This document shows, one piece after another, positions 8,910 through 18,838 of a stretch of 64,000 bases of DNA; position 1 is the first letter of the stretch; every line of letters begins with the position of its first letter. Location: positions 400-64,399 of the forward strand of contig DAHXMN010000001.1 of the NCBI GenBank assembly GCA_027371725.1, written 5' to 3'. The translations under genes and the position numbers were made by a program. A model generated the notes under the pieces. The model saw only the letters and a program-made list of their open reading frames with translations. It made no database searches and was not told the DNA's origin. The stretch is from Candidatus Woesearchaeota archaeon. Its GTDB lineage: Archaea; Nanobdellota; Nanobdellia; Woesearchaeales; UBA525.

Positions 8910-10253
8910 TTACGGGGCTTCATTGATAATTGTGACTGCCTCGGAGGATGTATGACGTTTTAGTTCTCTCTCGACGCGAAGGGTTTGGAGGATCGCTTGG
9001 ACTTCTTTGAGTGCCTCGTCTTGATTCTTGACTTGTTCTTGAAGTAAGACGATGTCGTTGGTTTTCTCTTGTAGTTGGCGCTCGAGCTCAGTCTTGGTCA
9101 CATCGACGTAGAGGTCGTCCTCTTGGATGGTGTCTTTCATGCCGAGGAGCTCTGTGTAGTAGTGGATCATGTCGGATTTCTTCCAACCGAAGCGGTACTT
9201 CAGAGCCGACTCGCTTTTGTAACGTGGCAGCCAGTAGCAAGCGCTCGCGTGGCGGAAGTCATACATGGTTAGTCCGTCGGCAATGATGTAGTATTTTCCG
9301 TTCTTCATCTGGGTTGTGCCTTTGAACTGACCGATTTTCAGAATTTTGAACCCCATGTTCTTGAGATATTTGTTGACGTTCGCGGGCGTCTTGGTGAACA
9401 AAGGAGTCTCAGGCCTGAGGCGTCTGTTGACGATGAACTCGCGGAGAAACCCACTGCAGAGCAGGAGTTTGATGCGTCGCCCGAAGGTCTTGCTCACTTC
9501 CTCCCGGATGGTAAGCGTATAGTGGCCGTCCTTCTCATTCCATTCGAGGTCGCTAACCCGGATGTTCATCATCTCCGTCGGGGCGCGGATACCGCTATCG
9601 AACAAGAAGAGCATCATAGTGCGATAGTAGAAGTTCGCTTCAGCACAGAGCTTGTTCAGATCGTCGATGGTAAAGTAGTTGAACTTTGGTTTGTCATCCC
9701 GACCATCCAGGTCCACTGTGACGTCGATTACAGCGACTCCTTTCTTGCGCTGTGTGCGCTCATACCAGTGCCAGAACGCCTTGAACGCCTTGACATACGT
9801 TCCCGCCGCCTTGATGGGAATGTGGCCCTTCGAACGCCCTCTAATCTCGCCTTCTCGCATCCGCTTGAGAAGGACCATGAGATCGCGCTCTCGGTCTGCC
9901 ATCTCGGGGATGTATGTAACGCCTAGCTGATCCTGGAGAATGATTGCCCAACTGTGTAGCTTGGTCTTGACGTTCCGGAGTCGGATGTAGGATCGTGGTC
10001 CTTTCGCGCTCTCGGGGCTGACATTTGCGCCGACTTCCATATCATCGAGATACTGGCGAAGCAGAGCAGCATTCTCTTCGGTGAGTTGTTCGAAGGGGCC
10101 GCCAAGCTCATAGCGCCAGTGGCGATAGGCTCGTTCGCTGTTGTGCGGGTCAATCTTTACCAAGGGCTTTACCTTCATCTTATCGACGGTACAGGGAGGG
10201 GGAGTTTTTAAAGACAGTCGAGGACGAATGGATATTTTCGAGTCGACGACCAC
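8910..10253 (-). CDS. int: tyrosine recombinase / integrase
   Basis: 447 aa. C-terminal catalytic signature YDFRHASACYWL (HxxR) ... MIHYYTE (nucleophile Tyr). Adjacent to attL. Confidence 0.8.
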   Translation of the reverse strand: MVVDSKISIRPRLSLKTPPPCTVDKMKVKPLVKIDPHNSERAYRHWRYELGGPFEQLTEENAALLRQYLDDMEVGANVSPESAKGPRSYIRLRNVKTKLHSWAIILQDQLGVTYIPEMADRERDLMVLLKRMREGEIRGRSKGHIPIKAAGTYVKAFKAFWHWYERTQRKKGVAVIDVTVDLDGRDDKPKFNYFTIDDLNKLCAEANFYYRTMMLFLFDSGIRAPTEMMNIRVSDLEWNEKDGHYTLTIREEVSKTFGRRIKLLLCSGFLREFIVNRRLRPETPLFTKTPANVNKYLKNMGFKILKIGQFKGTTQMKNGKYYIIADGLTMYDFRHASACYWLPRYKSESALKYRFGWKKSDMIHYYTELLGMKDTIQEDDLYVDVTKTELERQLQEKTNDIVLLQEQVKNQDEALKEVQAILQTLRVERELKRHTSSEAVTIINEAP

Positions 10254-10415
10254 CCTTCTGTGACATTTCTTCCACCGTCGACACCTAGCTCAGGTATTTA
10301 AAAAGCCCCTCTCGGAGAACGTATATCGCGGCGGTGTGTTACCATTTCCGTGACCCTGCCGGGCTACGACGCCGTTGCCTAAGCCCTCTTCTACGATGAC
10401 GACCACTCAGAAAGT

Positions 10416-10562
10416 ATGGTCAAAACGAAGATGCTCGTCATCAGGATCACGGAGAAGCAAGAGCAAACGCTCCGGGAGATGATGCTTACGCTCGGTTTCA
10501 GAAAGAAATCGGAGTACATCCGCTCAGCACTCTTCAAAAACACCGGGGTGACGAAGAAATGA
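10416..10562 (+). CDS. small ribbon-helix-helix (CopG-like) protein, 48 aa
   Basis: MVKTKMLVIRITEKQEQTLREMMLTLGFRKKSEYIRSALFKN. Not in the ORF track (under 60 aa). ATGA overlap with the next ORF. Confidence 0.5.
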   Translation: MVKTKMLVIRITEKQEQTLREMMLTLGFRKKSEYIRSALFKNTGVTKK

Positions 10563-10753
10563 ACGAATTCGAACTCCTCAGGGGCGAACGCCGCAGCTTC
10601 TTCTGTCCGAACAAACTCTGGAAAGAGCTCCTCGCACAGACGGATGACTGCGTTAGCGTTAGCACCTTTATACGACAAGCGATAATTGAGAAGATGTCGA
10701 AGGAATCGCCTGAACGCGAAGAATATTTTCAGAGTCTGCTTACAAGTGATTGA
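10559..10753 (+). CDS. small putative DNA-binding (RHH-like) protein
   Basis: 64 aa ... STFIRQAIIEKM. Preferred over the antisense ORF 10391..10678. Confidence 0.45.
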   Translation: MNEFELLRGERRSFFCPNKLWKELLAQTDDCVSVSTFIRQAIIEKMSKESPEREEYFQSLLTSD

Positions 10754-10767
10754 GAATAAAACATTCT

Positions 10768-11808
10768 TTATCTTGTTTTAATCTCTCCAATCGTGACAAT
10801 TTCAGGATTTAGTTCTTTGATTGTCTCGGCGATGTCTTTGAGAGTGTTTTTGACAAGATCGCCAGTATTGTTCTTTGCAGTGACTTTATCCATTTCTTGT
10901 TCGAGAACTTTCTCGGATGCTGATTTTCCCACTATGCTCTTTATTTTTTCTAAATCTTTTTCACGGTCATCTAATATATCTGCGAATTTAAGCATCTTTG
11001 CCTGTAGTTTAATTATCTCCGACGGTGTTTTCTTTATTTCGTGAGCATAGTCCTTCGCATCTAGGTCGATTGTCTTCGCGTATAACCTGAATGCATCGGC
11101 CATCTCTTTATAATTTTCTACACCGACGGTGATTGACCCGCCGAAGTATGAAAGTTTCGCAACAATTGTCTTTTTCAGTTCATTCTCGAATGCTTCTTTC
11201 TCCTCGGTCCCTAAGGATGTTTTTTCGGAGAGGTTCTGAAGTGATATGCCGAGTAAAATCGGATTTTCTGTCGTGAAGGTCAACGTTTTCTGTCTTCCAT
11301 CAACAGCAATTCTCACCGAATCGCTGAACGGCTCTATGCTAAGGAGCTTTTTGTAGGAATAGTTATAGCTCTTGAATTGACCAGCATAGATAACTCTTTT
11401 TGAGGTTATATACAAGATTCCTGAGTCGATTTTGCGGAGTTCACCATGTGATTCAGCTTGACCGGAACCCATGTTGAACCACCAGCCCTTTGCAATTCTG
11501 ATACTGTGCCCAGTCCTGACATAATTTCTTATCGCGCGCTCTTCATAGAGGCTTGAAGGTTGGGCATACGTGATAATCTCATCTTTAGGGAGAATCAGCT
11601 TTGCTCGAGCATTCTTGACGTCTTCCTTCATTTCAATATACTTCTCGAATTGCATCACCGGCGATTCTTTCTTTTTTGAGTTGATTGCCCAGCTAACCAA
11701 GTAAATGATAAGACAGATGATGCCTATTGGCCATAAAACAATCAAAAGAATAATGATAAGTATTCTGAGCCAGATATTCAGCCCATCAAACCACGACTTG
11801 AAGGACAT
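10768..11808 (-). CDS. membrane-anchored hypothetical protein
   Basis: N-terminal TM (ILIIILLIVLWPIGIICLIIYLVSWAI) followed by a soluble domain. AT-rich codon usage like the rest of the element. Confidence 0.55.
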   Translation of the reverse strand: MSFKSWFDGLNIWLRILIIILLIVLWPIGIICLIIYLVSWAINSKKKESPVMQFEKYIEMKEDVKNARAKLILPKDEIITYAQPSSLYEERAIRNYVRTGHSIRIAKGWWFNMGSGQAESHGELRKIDSGILYITSKRVIYAGQFKSYNYSYKKLLSIEPFSDSVRIAVDGRQKTLTFTTENPILLGISLQNLSEKTSLGTEEKEAFENELKKTIVAKLSYFGGSITVGVENYKEMADAFRLYAKTIDLDAKDYAHEIKKTPSEIIKLQAKMLKFADILDDREKDLEKIKSIVGKSASEKVLEQEMDKVTAKNNTGDLVKNTLKDIAETIKELNPEIVTIGEIKTR

Positions 11809-11826
11809 GATTTTTGCCTCATCTTG

Positions 11827-12597
11827 TTATTTATAAAACATTTTCTTTTTTGTCATTTTCAGCATCTTTTTGCTCTGTTTTCTTATGGTGACCTCTATCA
11901 CGCCAGTCGTGTTTGCCACCTGTCTCTGTGTTCTCAATTCGCTGTTCTCCTTCGCTGCGAGGTAGAGGGCTGCCGCTACGATGGTCTCGGGGCGTTGTCC
12001 CCTACTCTTTTGCCGCTCTACAATCTCGGCGGCCCGGCTGATGGTCTCTGCTTTGAGTTCAAGGCGTGAGCCGAAGCGCTGGACGAGATCTACGGGCTTA
12101 ATCGGGCTCAAGCGCAGGCCGAGCCCCCTAGTGAGGAGTCTGTAGGCTCTGAGCATCTTCGTCTTGCTGACGCTGCTGTAGGCCGTAATCTCCAGCGGTG
12201 TCTTGGGGATGTCGTGGAGGAGACAGGCGGCGTAGACGCTCGCGTAGAGGAGGCTCTGGTTGTCCCGTCCCCGATTGAGGCCTTTCTCGGCTGCTTGGGT
12301 GAAGATGAGGAAGGACTCGGTGGTAATCCGGTCTGGGAGCTTGAGCTTGCCCGTCAGGAGGCTAATCTGTGCCTTGGCGGCCTGGAGGTTCTTCTGCTTC
12401 GTGCTGAAGAGCCAGGCGGTTTTGACAATCCTGCCATCGTATTGGAACGTTCCGGCTGTCGCTACAGCGGGCTGCGCAGGGCGGTTTATTTCGCCTTGGT
12501 GCTCGGTTGGGCTGTCTTCGGTGATGAGGCCGCAGGCTATGCAGACGACCTCGTATCCGGCTTCTTTGAGGGTTCCGCCGCATTCAGGGCATCTCAT
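11827..12597 (-). CDS. tfb: transcription factor B (TFIIB) homologue encoded on the element
   Basis: N-terminal Zn ribbon MRCPECGG...VVCIACG, two cyclin-like repeats, and C-terminal HTH RTQRQVANTTGVIEVTIRK as in TFB. Confidence 0.75.
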   Translation of the reverse strand: MRCPECGGTLKEAGYEVVCIACGLITEDSPTEHQGEINRPAQPAVATAGTFQYDGRIVKTAWLFSTKQKNLQAAKAQISLLTGKLKLPDRITTESFLIFTQAAEKGLNRGRDNQSLLYASVYAACLLHDIPKTPLEITAYSSVSKTKMLRAYRLLTRGLGLRLSPIKPVDLVQRFGSRLELKAETISRAAEIVERQKSRGQRPETIVAAALYLAAKENSELRTQRQVANTTGVIEVTIRKQSKKMLKMTKKKMFYK

Positions 12598-12896
12598 GAT
12601 TCCACCTCCTCCGTGAAGTACAGGAGCACTGGCATGATCTTCTTTTCGTGGAGTTCCTTGACCCTTGCCAGTGCCTGTTCGACGCTGAGGCAGAGCTCCA
12701 TCTTGTAGCCTACCGGCTTGTCCCCTTCGAAAAGGTTCCTGATGGGCTTCTTCAGGTCTATTCTTCGTCTTCTATCGTTGTAGAAGACCTTGCCAGCGAC
12801 GCTGATAATTTTATCCTGCGTGGTGACTGGCTGCTGCATACAACACCCCCTTTGGCTTGTTGCTGTTGTTGCACTCCCAGCCGAATCAGAATTCAC
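12594..12896 (-). CDS. hypothetical small protein (start uncertain; could begin at MQQPVTT)
   Basis: ATGA overlap with tfb. No recognisable domain. Confidence 0.4.
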   Translation of the reverse strand: MNSDSAGSATTATSQRGCCMQQPVTTQDKIISVAGKVFYNDRRRRIDLKKPIRNLFEGDKPVGYKMELCLSVEQALARVKELHEKKIMPVLLYFTEEVES

Positions 12897-13356
12897 ACAC
12901 TAGGTGTTATTCTGCCTCCGGCGGGGACACGGATGCACTTAGCCTAGTACGGCAAGCGCATATCCCGGGGCTCGCAGCCGTAGCTAACACGGTGCTTCCA
13001 GAATTCGATGCCATTCGTGTTAGCCATAATAATCACTCCTTTGGAATGGTAGTAATTCGTTCCCCTATATAAATTTTCGCCGCCGTTGTCCGAAAGATTT
13101 TCGGATTCACTTGATTCGCTCCCAGCCGGACTGATCCTGCTGTGCGAGCCATGCTTCGAACTCTTCAGCGGTTACCACGAACCATTTCTCCATACGTTCC
13201 GGTTGCTTGTTCTGGTTCATATGTGTTCACCTCGTTCCGACGAAGGATTTTCGCGCCCCCGACGATTAGGACCCTATATTGGAGCCAATGGTGCCCGAAT
13301 TCGACGTTTATAGCCAGTATTAGGACCCTAAATCCGCCCATAATGTATGTTCTCCC

Positions 13357-16305
13357 TTACCGGGAGGTTTGGGTCCTAATGAACTCCTGGAGTTCGGTGC
13401 GGACGAGGAGGCGGACGCCCGGAGCGATGCGCTCGTAGTGCGGTCTGAAATCGCTGTCCGCGAGGATGATGACGAGTCGCTTCCCGTATTGGTTCTTGAG
13501 TTCTGCGAACTTCTTTTCAAGTCGAGATTTGTGCTTCTTGAATCCGAGACCAGTTTCTACCTCTACCGCGATCTCTTTTCCGGCCTTGTTCTTGAAGAGC
13601 AGGTCGACTTTGTCAGTCACGCTCACGTCAACTGCAAGCCCGCGTTTCATGAGTTCGTCTTTGAGGTTTAGAACGATGAACGTATGCTCTGGGCTCTCAA
13701 TGTTGTTGTCCTTAATCCAGCATTCTTCCTGGCGCGGCTTCCCAATCGGCATGAACATTCCTGGCGAGTAGCCTTGATTGGTGAGGAAATTCTTCTCATC
13801 TATGGTGAGATCTGCACCGTAGTAGAGCCCTTGCTTCGGATCAAGGGTGATGTTGACCTCGCGCCGCTCATCGGGAACGACTTTGCTCTCAGATTCGTTC
13901 GGGTTCGTGGTGACCAGAAGGTGCTCTTTCTCGGATGCGATGACGGTGAGTTCCTGGTGGTCGTTGTCCAGAATCAAGATGCCCCTGCCTTGCGTGGCGG
14001 TAAGGAGGTATTCGCGTTCCGGGTTGCTCAGATGGAACGTTCTGACGACCGAATCGATGATCGCGGCTTTCTGGCGGAGGAGGAAGCTGTAGCTGCTGTT
14101 CGCAAGGACTGCGTGTCCCGCGCCGCTGTTGATGAGGTCAGCCACATCCTGCGTGATGAGCAGGAGGCCCATGTTGAACTTTCGGCACGTCTTGACAATC
14201 TCGAAGAGGTAGCTCGCTTCTTCTGTGTGGCTGAGGAGGCTCCACGCTTCGTCCACCACCAGGAGTTTTTTGCCGGGGCGGCGCTTCATGGTCATGTAGG
14301 CGTAGTCCAGGATGAGGAACATGACGACGGGCTTGACTTGCTTGGGCATATCCCCTATGTTGAAGCAGACGAAGTCCTTGCCGTAGTTGATGTTGCTCTG
14401 CTTGTTCAGGAAGCCGAAGACACCCTCGGTGTAGAGGTAGAGGCGGTTGATGAGCGCCCGGTACGTGACCTTCTCAGACTGCGCCGCCTGGGAGTCCATG
14501 CTCACGAGAGTGTGGTACAGGTCGCCCAGGATTGGCGGCTTCTTGTTCTTGTACACGTCAGCCGTGATGCCCTTCTTGGCGTAGGTGACGTTGACTGCCC
14601 GGTCCAGGATGCTCTTCTGGATCTCGCTGAGCTCGCCGAACATGATTCGGAACAAGTCCATGAGCGCCAGGCGTTTTTCGACGTAATCGTGGCCCATGAG
14701 GTCGAGGGGGTTGATGATGGTCGCGCTGGTTCGGCTTATGGTGACGTGCTCGCCGCCACAGGCCTGGACGAGCCCTGCATACTCGCCTTGCGGGTCCACG
14801 ACCGTGACGCACGTGCCGTTCATGAGCTGGCGGCTGATCATGAGCTTGGTGAAGTAGCTCTTTCCTGCACCACTGGTGGCGAGGACGATGCCGTTCGCGT
14901 TGCTCAGGCTGAATAGGTCCTTGATGTAGGGCACCCCGTTCTTGTTCAGGCCGAGGAGGGTTCCGGTCTCCTCCATGGTGAGGAAGGGGCTGGTGCATGG
15001 GAAGAACGCGCTCAGAGCCCCGGTGGTGACGTTGCGTTTGAGGCCGAGCCAATCCTTGCCCAGGGGCATCATGGCTTTGTACGCCGCTGCCTGGCGAAAC
15101 AGGGGCGTTGTCGGGATAATCATGATGCTCTGGAGCTCTGCCTCTACTTTGCGGGTCAGGAGGTCCAGGTCGGCCTTATTCGCGGCTTTACACGCGATTA
15201 AGAGGCTGACATTGAAGAGCTTCTCCTCGCCCTTCTGGAGCGCCTCGAGGACCTTGAGGGTGTCCTTGTACTTAATCTCCAGGGAGGGGTTGACGCTGTG
15301 GTGCTGTTCCTCCGCATACAGGTCGGCTCGTTGCTTCTGGAGCTCCCGGTTCAGGAGGACCATCGTTGATTCGATGGTGAATGGCTCAATCTGGATGCTC
15401 AGGTCGTAGTTCTCATTGCTGCTGATGAGCTTGTCCAGGAAGCCACTTTCCACGAGGCGCGGGTACCCGTCAGCCGCGATGACCCTGATGAGCTGGCCGT
15501 CGACTTGGAGGTGGTCGATGTTGTCCCTGACCCTGCCTGGCGCCAGGAGGTAGTGGAGGCCGGAAACCCCGATCGGAGGCTCCCGGTCCGACGCCCGGTA
15601 GTATCGCTTGAGCATCTCCAGTAGCGCCTTGTCGTTCAGCCGGACGGCGTGCAGGCCGAGCCCTTTGAGTCGGTCAAGGCAGACCCTGCATTGGATGTCC
15701 AAGCTGCTCCGTTCCGGGATGATGAGGTAGAACTCCCGGTTGCGTTGCGTCGCCATCCGGCTCTTCGTGAACGCGGCGAACTCGTCATAGAGCGTCTCGT
15801 TCTTCGTCCGTTTCTTGAGGCTCTCCAGGTAGGGTTCGAGACTGAGCTCTTGCGTCGTCACGATGAACTGGACGGGGAACTCGAGGCTATTCAGGAACTT
15901 CTGGAACCCGATGATAATCGACTCCTGTTCTTCATTCGTTTTGATCCCGAAGTTCAAGGGCGTAATCCGAAGCAGGGCGACCTTCTCTTCGGAGACGATG
16001 GTGTTGTTCTCAATCTTCTTGACCGGGACGAGGCGCTCCATCCGCTTCGTGCCGAGACGGGACTCGCGGAACTGGAGGTATCGGGAGGCGTTCCGCAGCC
16101 AGATGCCGAGGTCGAAGAAGATGAACATCATTCCCAGGACGAAGGGGATGATGGCGAGGCAGAGCTTCAGGTCCATGCTCAGATTGCTCGTCAGGACCAT
16201 CAGGGTGAGGGTGCCGAAGAGGGCTGCCCAGCCGAGTTGGACGAAGGTCAAGCCGAACATGATGCGCTCTTTGTGCTGGAGTTGCTGGGGAATTTCGTAG
16301 GCCAT
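13357..16305 (-). CDS. VirB4/TrbE/TraC-like conjugation ATPase (AAA-like, DUF87-type) with N-terminal TM segments and a C-terminal nuclease-like domain
   Basis: 982 aa. Walker A TSGAGKSYFTKLM, Walker B LLVVDEAWSLL and N-terminal hydrophobic helices. Confidence 0.7.
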   Translation of the reverse strand: MAYEIPQQLQHKERIMFGLTFVQLGWAALFGTLTLMVLTSNLSMDLKLCLAIIPFVLGMMFIFFDLGIWLRNASRYLQFRESRLGTKRMERLVPVKKIENNTIVSEEKVALLRITPLNFGIKTNEEQESIIIGFQKFLNSLEFPVQFIVTTQELSLEPYLESLKKRTKNETLYDEFAAFTKSRMATQRNREFYLIIPERSSLDIQCRVCLDRLKGLGLHAVRLNDKALLEMLKRYYRASDREPPIGVSGLHYLLAPGRVRDNIDHLQVDGQLIRVIAADGYPRLVESGFLDKLISSNENYDLSIQIEPFTIESTMVLLNRELQKQRADLYAEEQHHSVNPSLEIKYKDTLKVLEALQKGEEKLFNVSLLIACKAANKADLDLLTRKVEAELQSIMIIPTTPLFRQAAAYKAMMPLGKDWLGLKRNVTTGALSAFFPCTSPFLTMEETGTLLGLNKNGVPYIKDLFSLSNANGIVLATSGAGKSYFTKLMISRQLMNGTCVTVVDPQGEYAGLVQACGGEHVTISRTSATIINPLDLMGHDYVEKRLALMDLFRIMFGELSEIQKSILDRAVNVTYAKKGITADVYKNKKPPILGDLYHTLVSMDSQAAQSEKVTYRALINRLYLYTEGVFGFLNKQSNINYGKDFVCFNIGDMPKQVKPVVMFLILDYAYMTMKRRPGKKLLVVDEAWSLLSHTEEASYLFEIVKTCRKFNMGLLLITQDVADLINSGAGHAVLANSSYSFLLRQKAAIIDSVVRTFHLSNPEREYLLTATQGRGILILDNDHQELTVIASEKEHLLVTTNPNESESKVVPDERREVNITLDPKQGLYYGADLTIDEKNFLTNQGYSPGMFMPIGKPRQEECWIKDNNIESPEHTFIVLNLKDELMKRGLAVDVSVTDKVDLLFKNKAGKEIAVEVETGLGFKKHKSRLEKKFAELKNQYGKRLVIILADSDFRPHYERIAPGVRLLVRTELQEFIRTQTSR

Positions 16306-16306
16306 G

Positions 16307-18331
16307 TTACATCATCGCTCCAATGTATTTTGCCGCTTGCATCATGCTCTGGGCCCCGTCGCTCATTCCGGACTTGGTCACGATGTGCTTGGCGAGCAGG
16401 AGGAATAGGAGGTCGATCATGAGGAAGCAGGTGATCATGACGACGATCTTGTACCCGGCAAAGAGGGGTAGGCTAATCATCTGGCTGCAGCCGAGGATGA
16501 TGACTGCGTCCAGGAACGTGACGAAGATGCACAGCCCCAGGAGATTCATGATGAGGTGGCCGTAGCTCCGTAGCGGTGGCATGAAGTAGCAGAACACCCC
16601 GATGGGTGCGAAGAGGACGCCGAACGCCACGATGAGGTAGCGCATGGCCAGGAAGAGCATCGTCACCAGCAAGACCAAGGCATACAGCCCGACCAGGAGG
16701 AGTTCCAAGCCGATGTTGCTGATGTTGTCCGCTGTCAGGAGGAAGAACTGCGGATTGACCAGGCTGAGAACTGCCTGGGTCATGAGGCCGCCGATATCGA
16801 CGATGAGTCCGTAGAGGTAGTAGCTGGCTTGGACGAGGACGATCATGATGACGGTGTTTTTGAGCCATTCCTTGGCCATTTCCCGCTTCAGGACGTTGTG
16901 GCCGCTGGTGAGGAACTGGTACCCGGCATAGAGGAACAGGAACCCGTAGAAGAGGCTCAGGCAGTAGACGATGATTACCCAGACGCCCTGGAAGAGGCTG
17001 ATGCTCGGGGAGGCCTCCAATAAGTCCTTTACGAGGCTCAGAAGCGGCTCCAGCGGGGCGTTGATGATGCTCAGGAGGAAGCTGTAGAGCGCCCCTGGGA
17101 GGCAACTGCCGAGGTTTGTGAGGCCACAATCCTCCGCCCGGACCATCGGCAAGGCCAAGAGGACGCCGAGGCCGATTCCGGGGAGCTTCCGCCAGTACTT
17201 ACGGGAAACCCGGTACGCGGCGACCAGGATGCCCGCGATGACGGCCATTTTGAGGATGAAGACCCAATCTACGGTGACGCTGGGCGGGGTGAACGCCGCG
17301 CTGGGAGGGGCTGAGAGGTTCTGGGCGCAGGGCTTGGTCTGGTTCGTGAAGAAGTCCTCAGCCCTGACCGTGCAGTTTGAGGCATTCGGCACGAAGAACG
17401 TCCCGTTGTACCAGCGGAGGTTCTGCGCCGTTTGGACCTCGAGCTTCTCCGCGTGAAGCTCCAGGAGGTAGAAGGGCTTCTTCGTGAAGTTCGCCGTGTA
17501 CACCCATTCCGTGGCGGAGTAGTTGCTTTGCCCCATGCTGAGCCAGACGCTCGTATTCGCATCATGGACCAGGAACGCCTTCGTAGTGCCCGAGTAGTTC
17601 GTGGCTAGGGTGAATGTGGCGTTCAGGGCGTGGCGGTCATACGTCGTGTTGAGGCTGTCGTTCAGGAGGAGGGTGTCCGTCGTGTAGTTTGTCTTGGTCT
17701 TTGGGCAGCGCCAGCAGTACCGGACGCAGACGCCGTTCCGGGTTCGACAGCAGTACTTCTGCCAGGTGTAGTAGTCGTTCTTGATTGTGGCACGGATGCT
17801 CAACTCCTCTCTGATATTCGCGTCAAAGATCAGGATGTTGATCGGGACGACTTTTCCGGTGCCCATCGTGATGTTGTTCGCCTTCGTTGTGAGGGTGCTC
17901 GTGTTCTCGGTGAGGTAGTGGAGTATCTTGCACGTTGCCCCATTGCTCTGCGAAGGATTAGTGTAATTTGCTGGCACCTTGATCCAGTAGCTCGCCTCGG
18001 AACGGACGGCCACCTTGGCCGGACAGTAGCGAGTCTTGTTGAGCAGGACGCTCGGCTGGATTGTCAAGAGGGCGACCCAGGCATCCATGATGACACCCTT
18101 CTGAATTTTAGTATAACCGAACGGCGCATTGTTGACGACGATGCCCTGATTGTAGGCGGCGATGGCTGCGTGGTCCGGGTGACTCGTGTTCGTGTAGATT
18201 AGGTTGGCGATGAGGTCTTCATTCACCGTCAAAGCGGCGAGGCAGTTCGTCTGGTTCTGGAAGTAGCTGCAGTTGAAGGCAGCGGTAGCTGGGACGAAAG
18301 CGAGAAATAAAAGGAGAAAAAGAGGTTTCAT
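16307..18331 (-). CDS. large polytopic membrane protein with a signal peptide and a heavily N-glycosylated ectodomain (VirB6/TrbL-like candidate)
   Basis: 674 aa. Signal MKPLFLLLFLAFVPATAA. About 25 N-x-S/T sequons in the first 350 aa. At least 6 C-terminal TM helices. Confidence 0.6.
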   Translation of the reverse strand: MKPLFLLLFLAFVPATAAFNCSYFQNQTNCLAALTVNEDLIANLIYTNTSHPDHAAIAAYNQGIVVNNAPFGYTKIQKGVIMDAWVALLTIQPSVLLNKTRYCPAKVAVRSEASYWIKVPANYTNPSQSNGATCKILHYLTENTSTLTTKANNITMGTGKVVPINILIFDANIREELSIRATIKNDYYTWQKYCCRTRNGVCVRYCWRCPKTKTNYTTDTLLLNDSLNTTYDRHALNATFTLATNYSGTTKAFLVHDANTSVWLSMGQSNYSATEWVYTANFTKKPFYLLELHAEKLEVQTAQNLRWYNGTFFVPNASNCTVRAEDFFTNQTKPCAQNLSAPPSAAFTPPSVTVDWVFILKMAVIAGILVAAYRVSRKYWRKLPGIGLGVLLALPMVRAEDCGLTNLGSCLPGALYSFLLSIINAPLEPLLSLVKDLLEASPSISLFQGVWVIIVYCLSLFYGFLFLYAGYQFLTSGHNVLKREMAKEWLKNTVIMIVLVQASYYLYGLIVDIGGLMTQAVLSLVNPQFFLLTADNISNIGLELLLVGLYALVLLVTMLFLAMRYLIVAFGVLFAPIGVFCYFMPPLRSYGHLIMNLLGLCIFVTFLDAVIILGCSQMISLPLFAGYKIVVMITCFLMIDLLFLLLAKHIVTKSGMSDGAQSMMQAAKYIGAMM

Positions 18332-18660
18332 CCGACCAGGTATTGCACGACGAGCGGTGCAACCCAGATGATGATGAGGCCCACCACGATGTACCCCGCC
18401 ATGGTCTTGGCGGACTCGCGTTTGGCCGTGTCGTCGCCGCTCATGATGAACGTGACACCCGCAAAGACGAGGAACAGCACGGCAAGGACCGTGGCCGCGT
18501 ACTTCACGAAGTTGTACACCTTCATCACAGGGCTCAATATCTGGTCGAACGTCGCTTGGTCCTGGGGCGAGATCGTCTGATTGAACTCGACCGCCATGAC
18601 GAGCGGCGTGATGCTCAGGAAGAGCATCACCAACAGCAAGGCAGTTTTCATTCTTGGCAC
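18328..18660 (-). CDS. pilin-like small membrane protein (VirB2/TrbC-like candidate)
   Basis: 110 aa with a signal peptide plus two hydrophobic helices. Overlaps the upstream gene (ATGA). Confidence 0.5.
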   Translation of the reverse strand: MPRMKTALLLVMLFLSITPLVMAVEFNQTISPQDQATFDQILSPVMKVYNFVKYAATVLAVLFLVFAGVTFIMSGDDTAKRESAKTMAGYIVVGLIIIWVAPLVVQYLVG

Positions 18661-18838
18661 CTCCGCGCTTCGAATGCCTCGAGACTACCGTACTTCCACT
18701 CGATGAAGGTGCGGCACGACTCGCACAGCTCCTCCTCGGGTGTGTCCTTCAGGCATAAGACGCAAATCATGCTAGAACAAGGCGCCTGAAAAGCCTAGAA
18801 AGGATGTCGGAGAACGTATTACATCGTTTGATGTTAGC

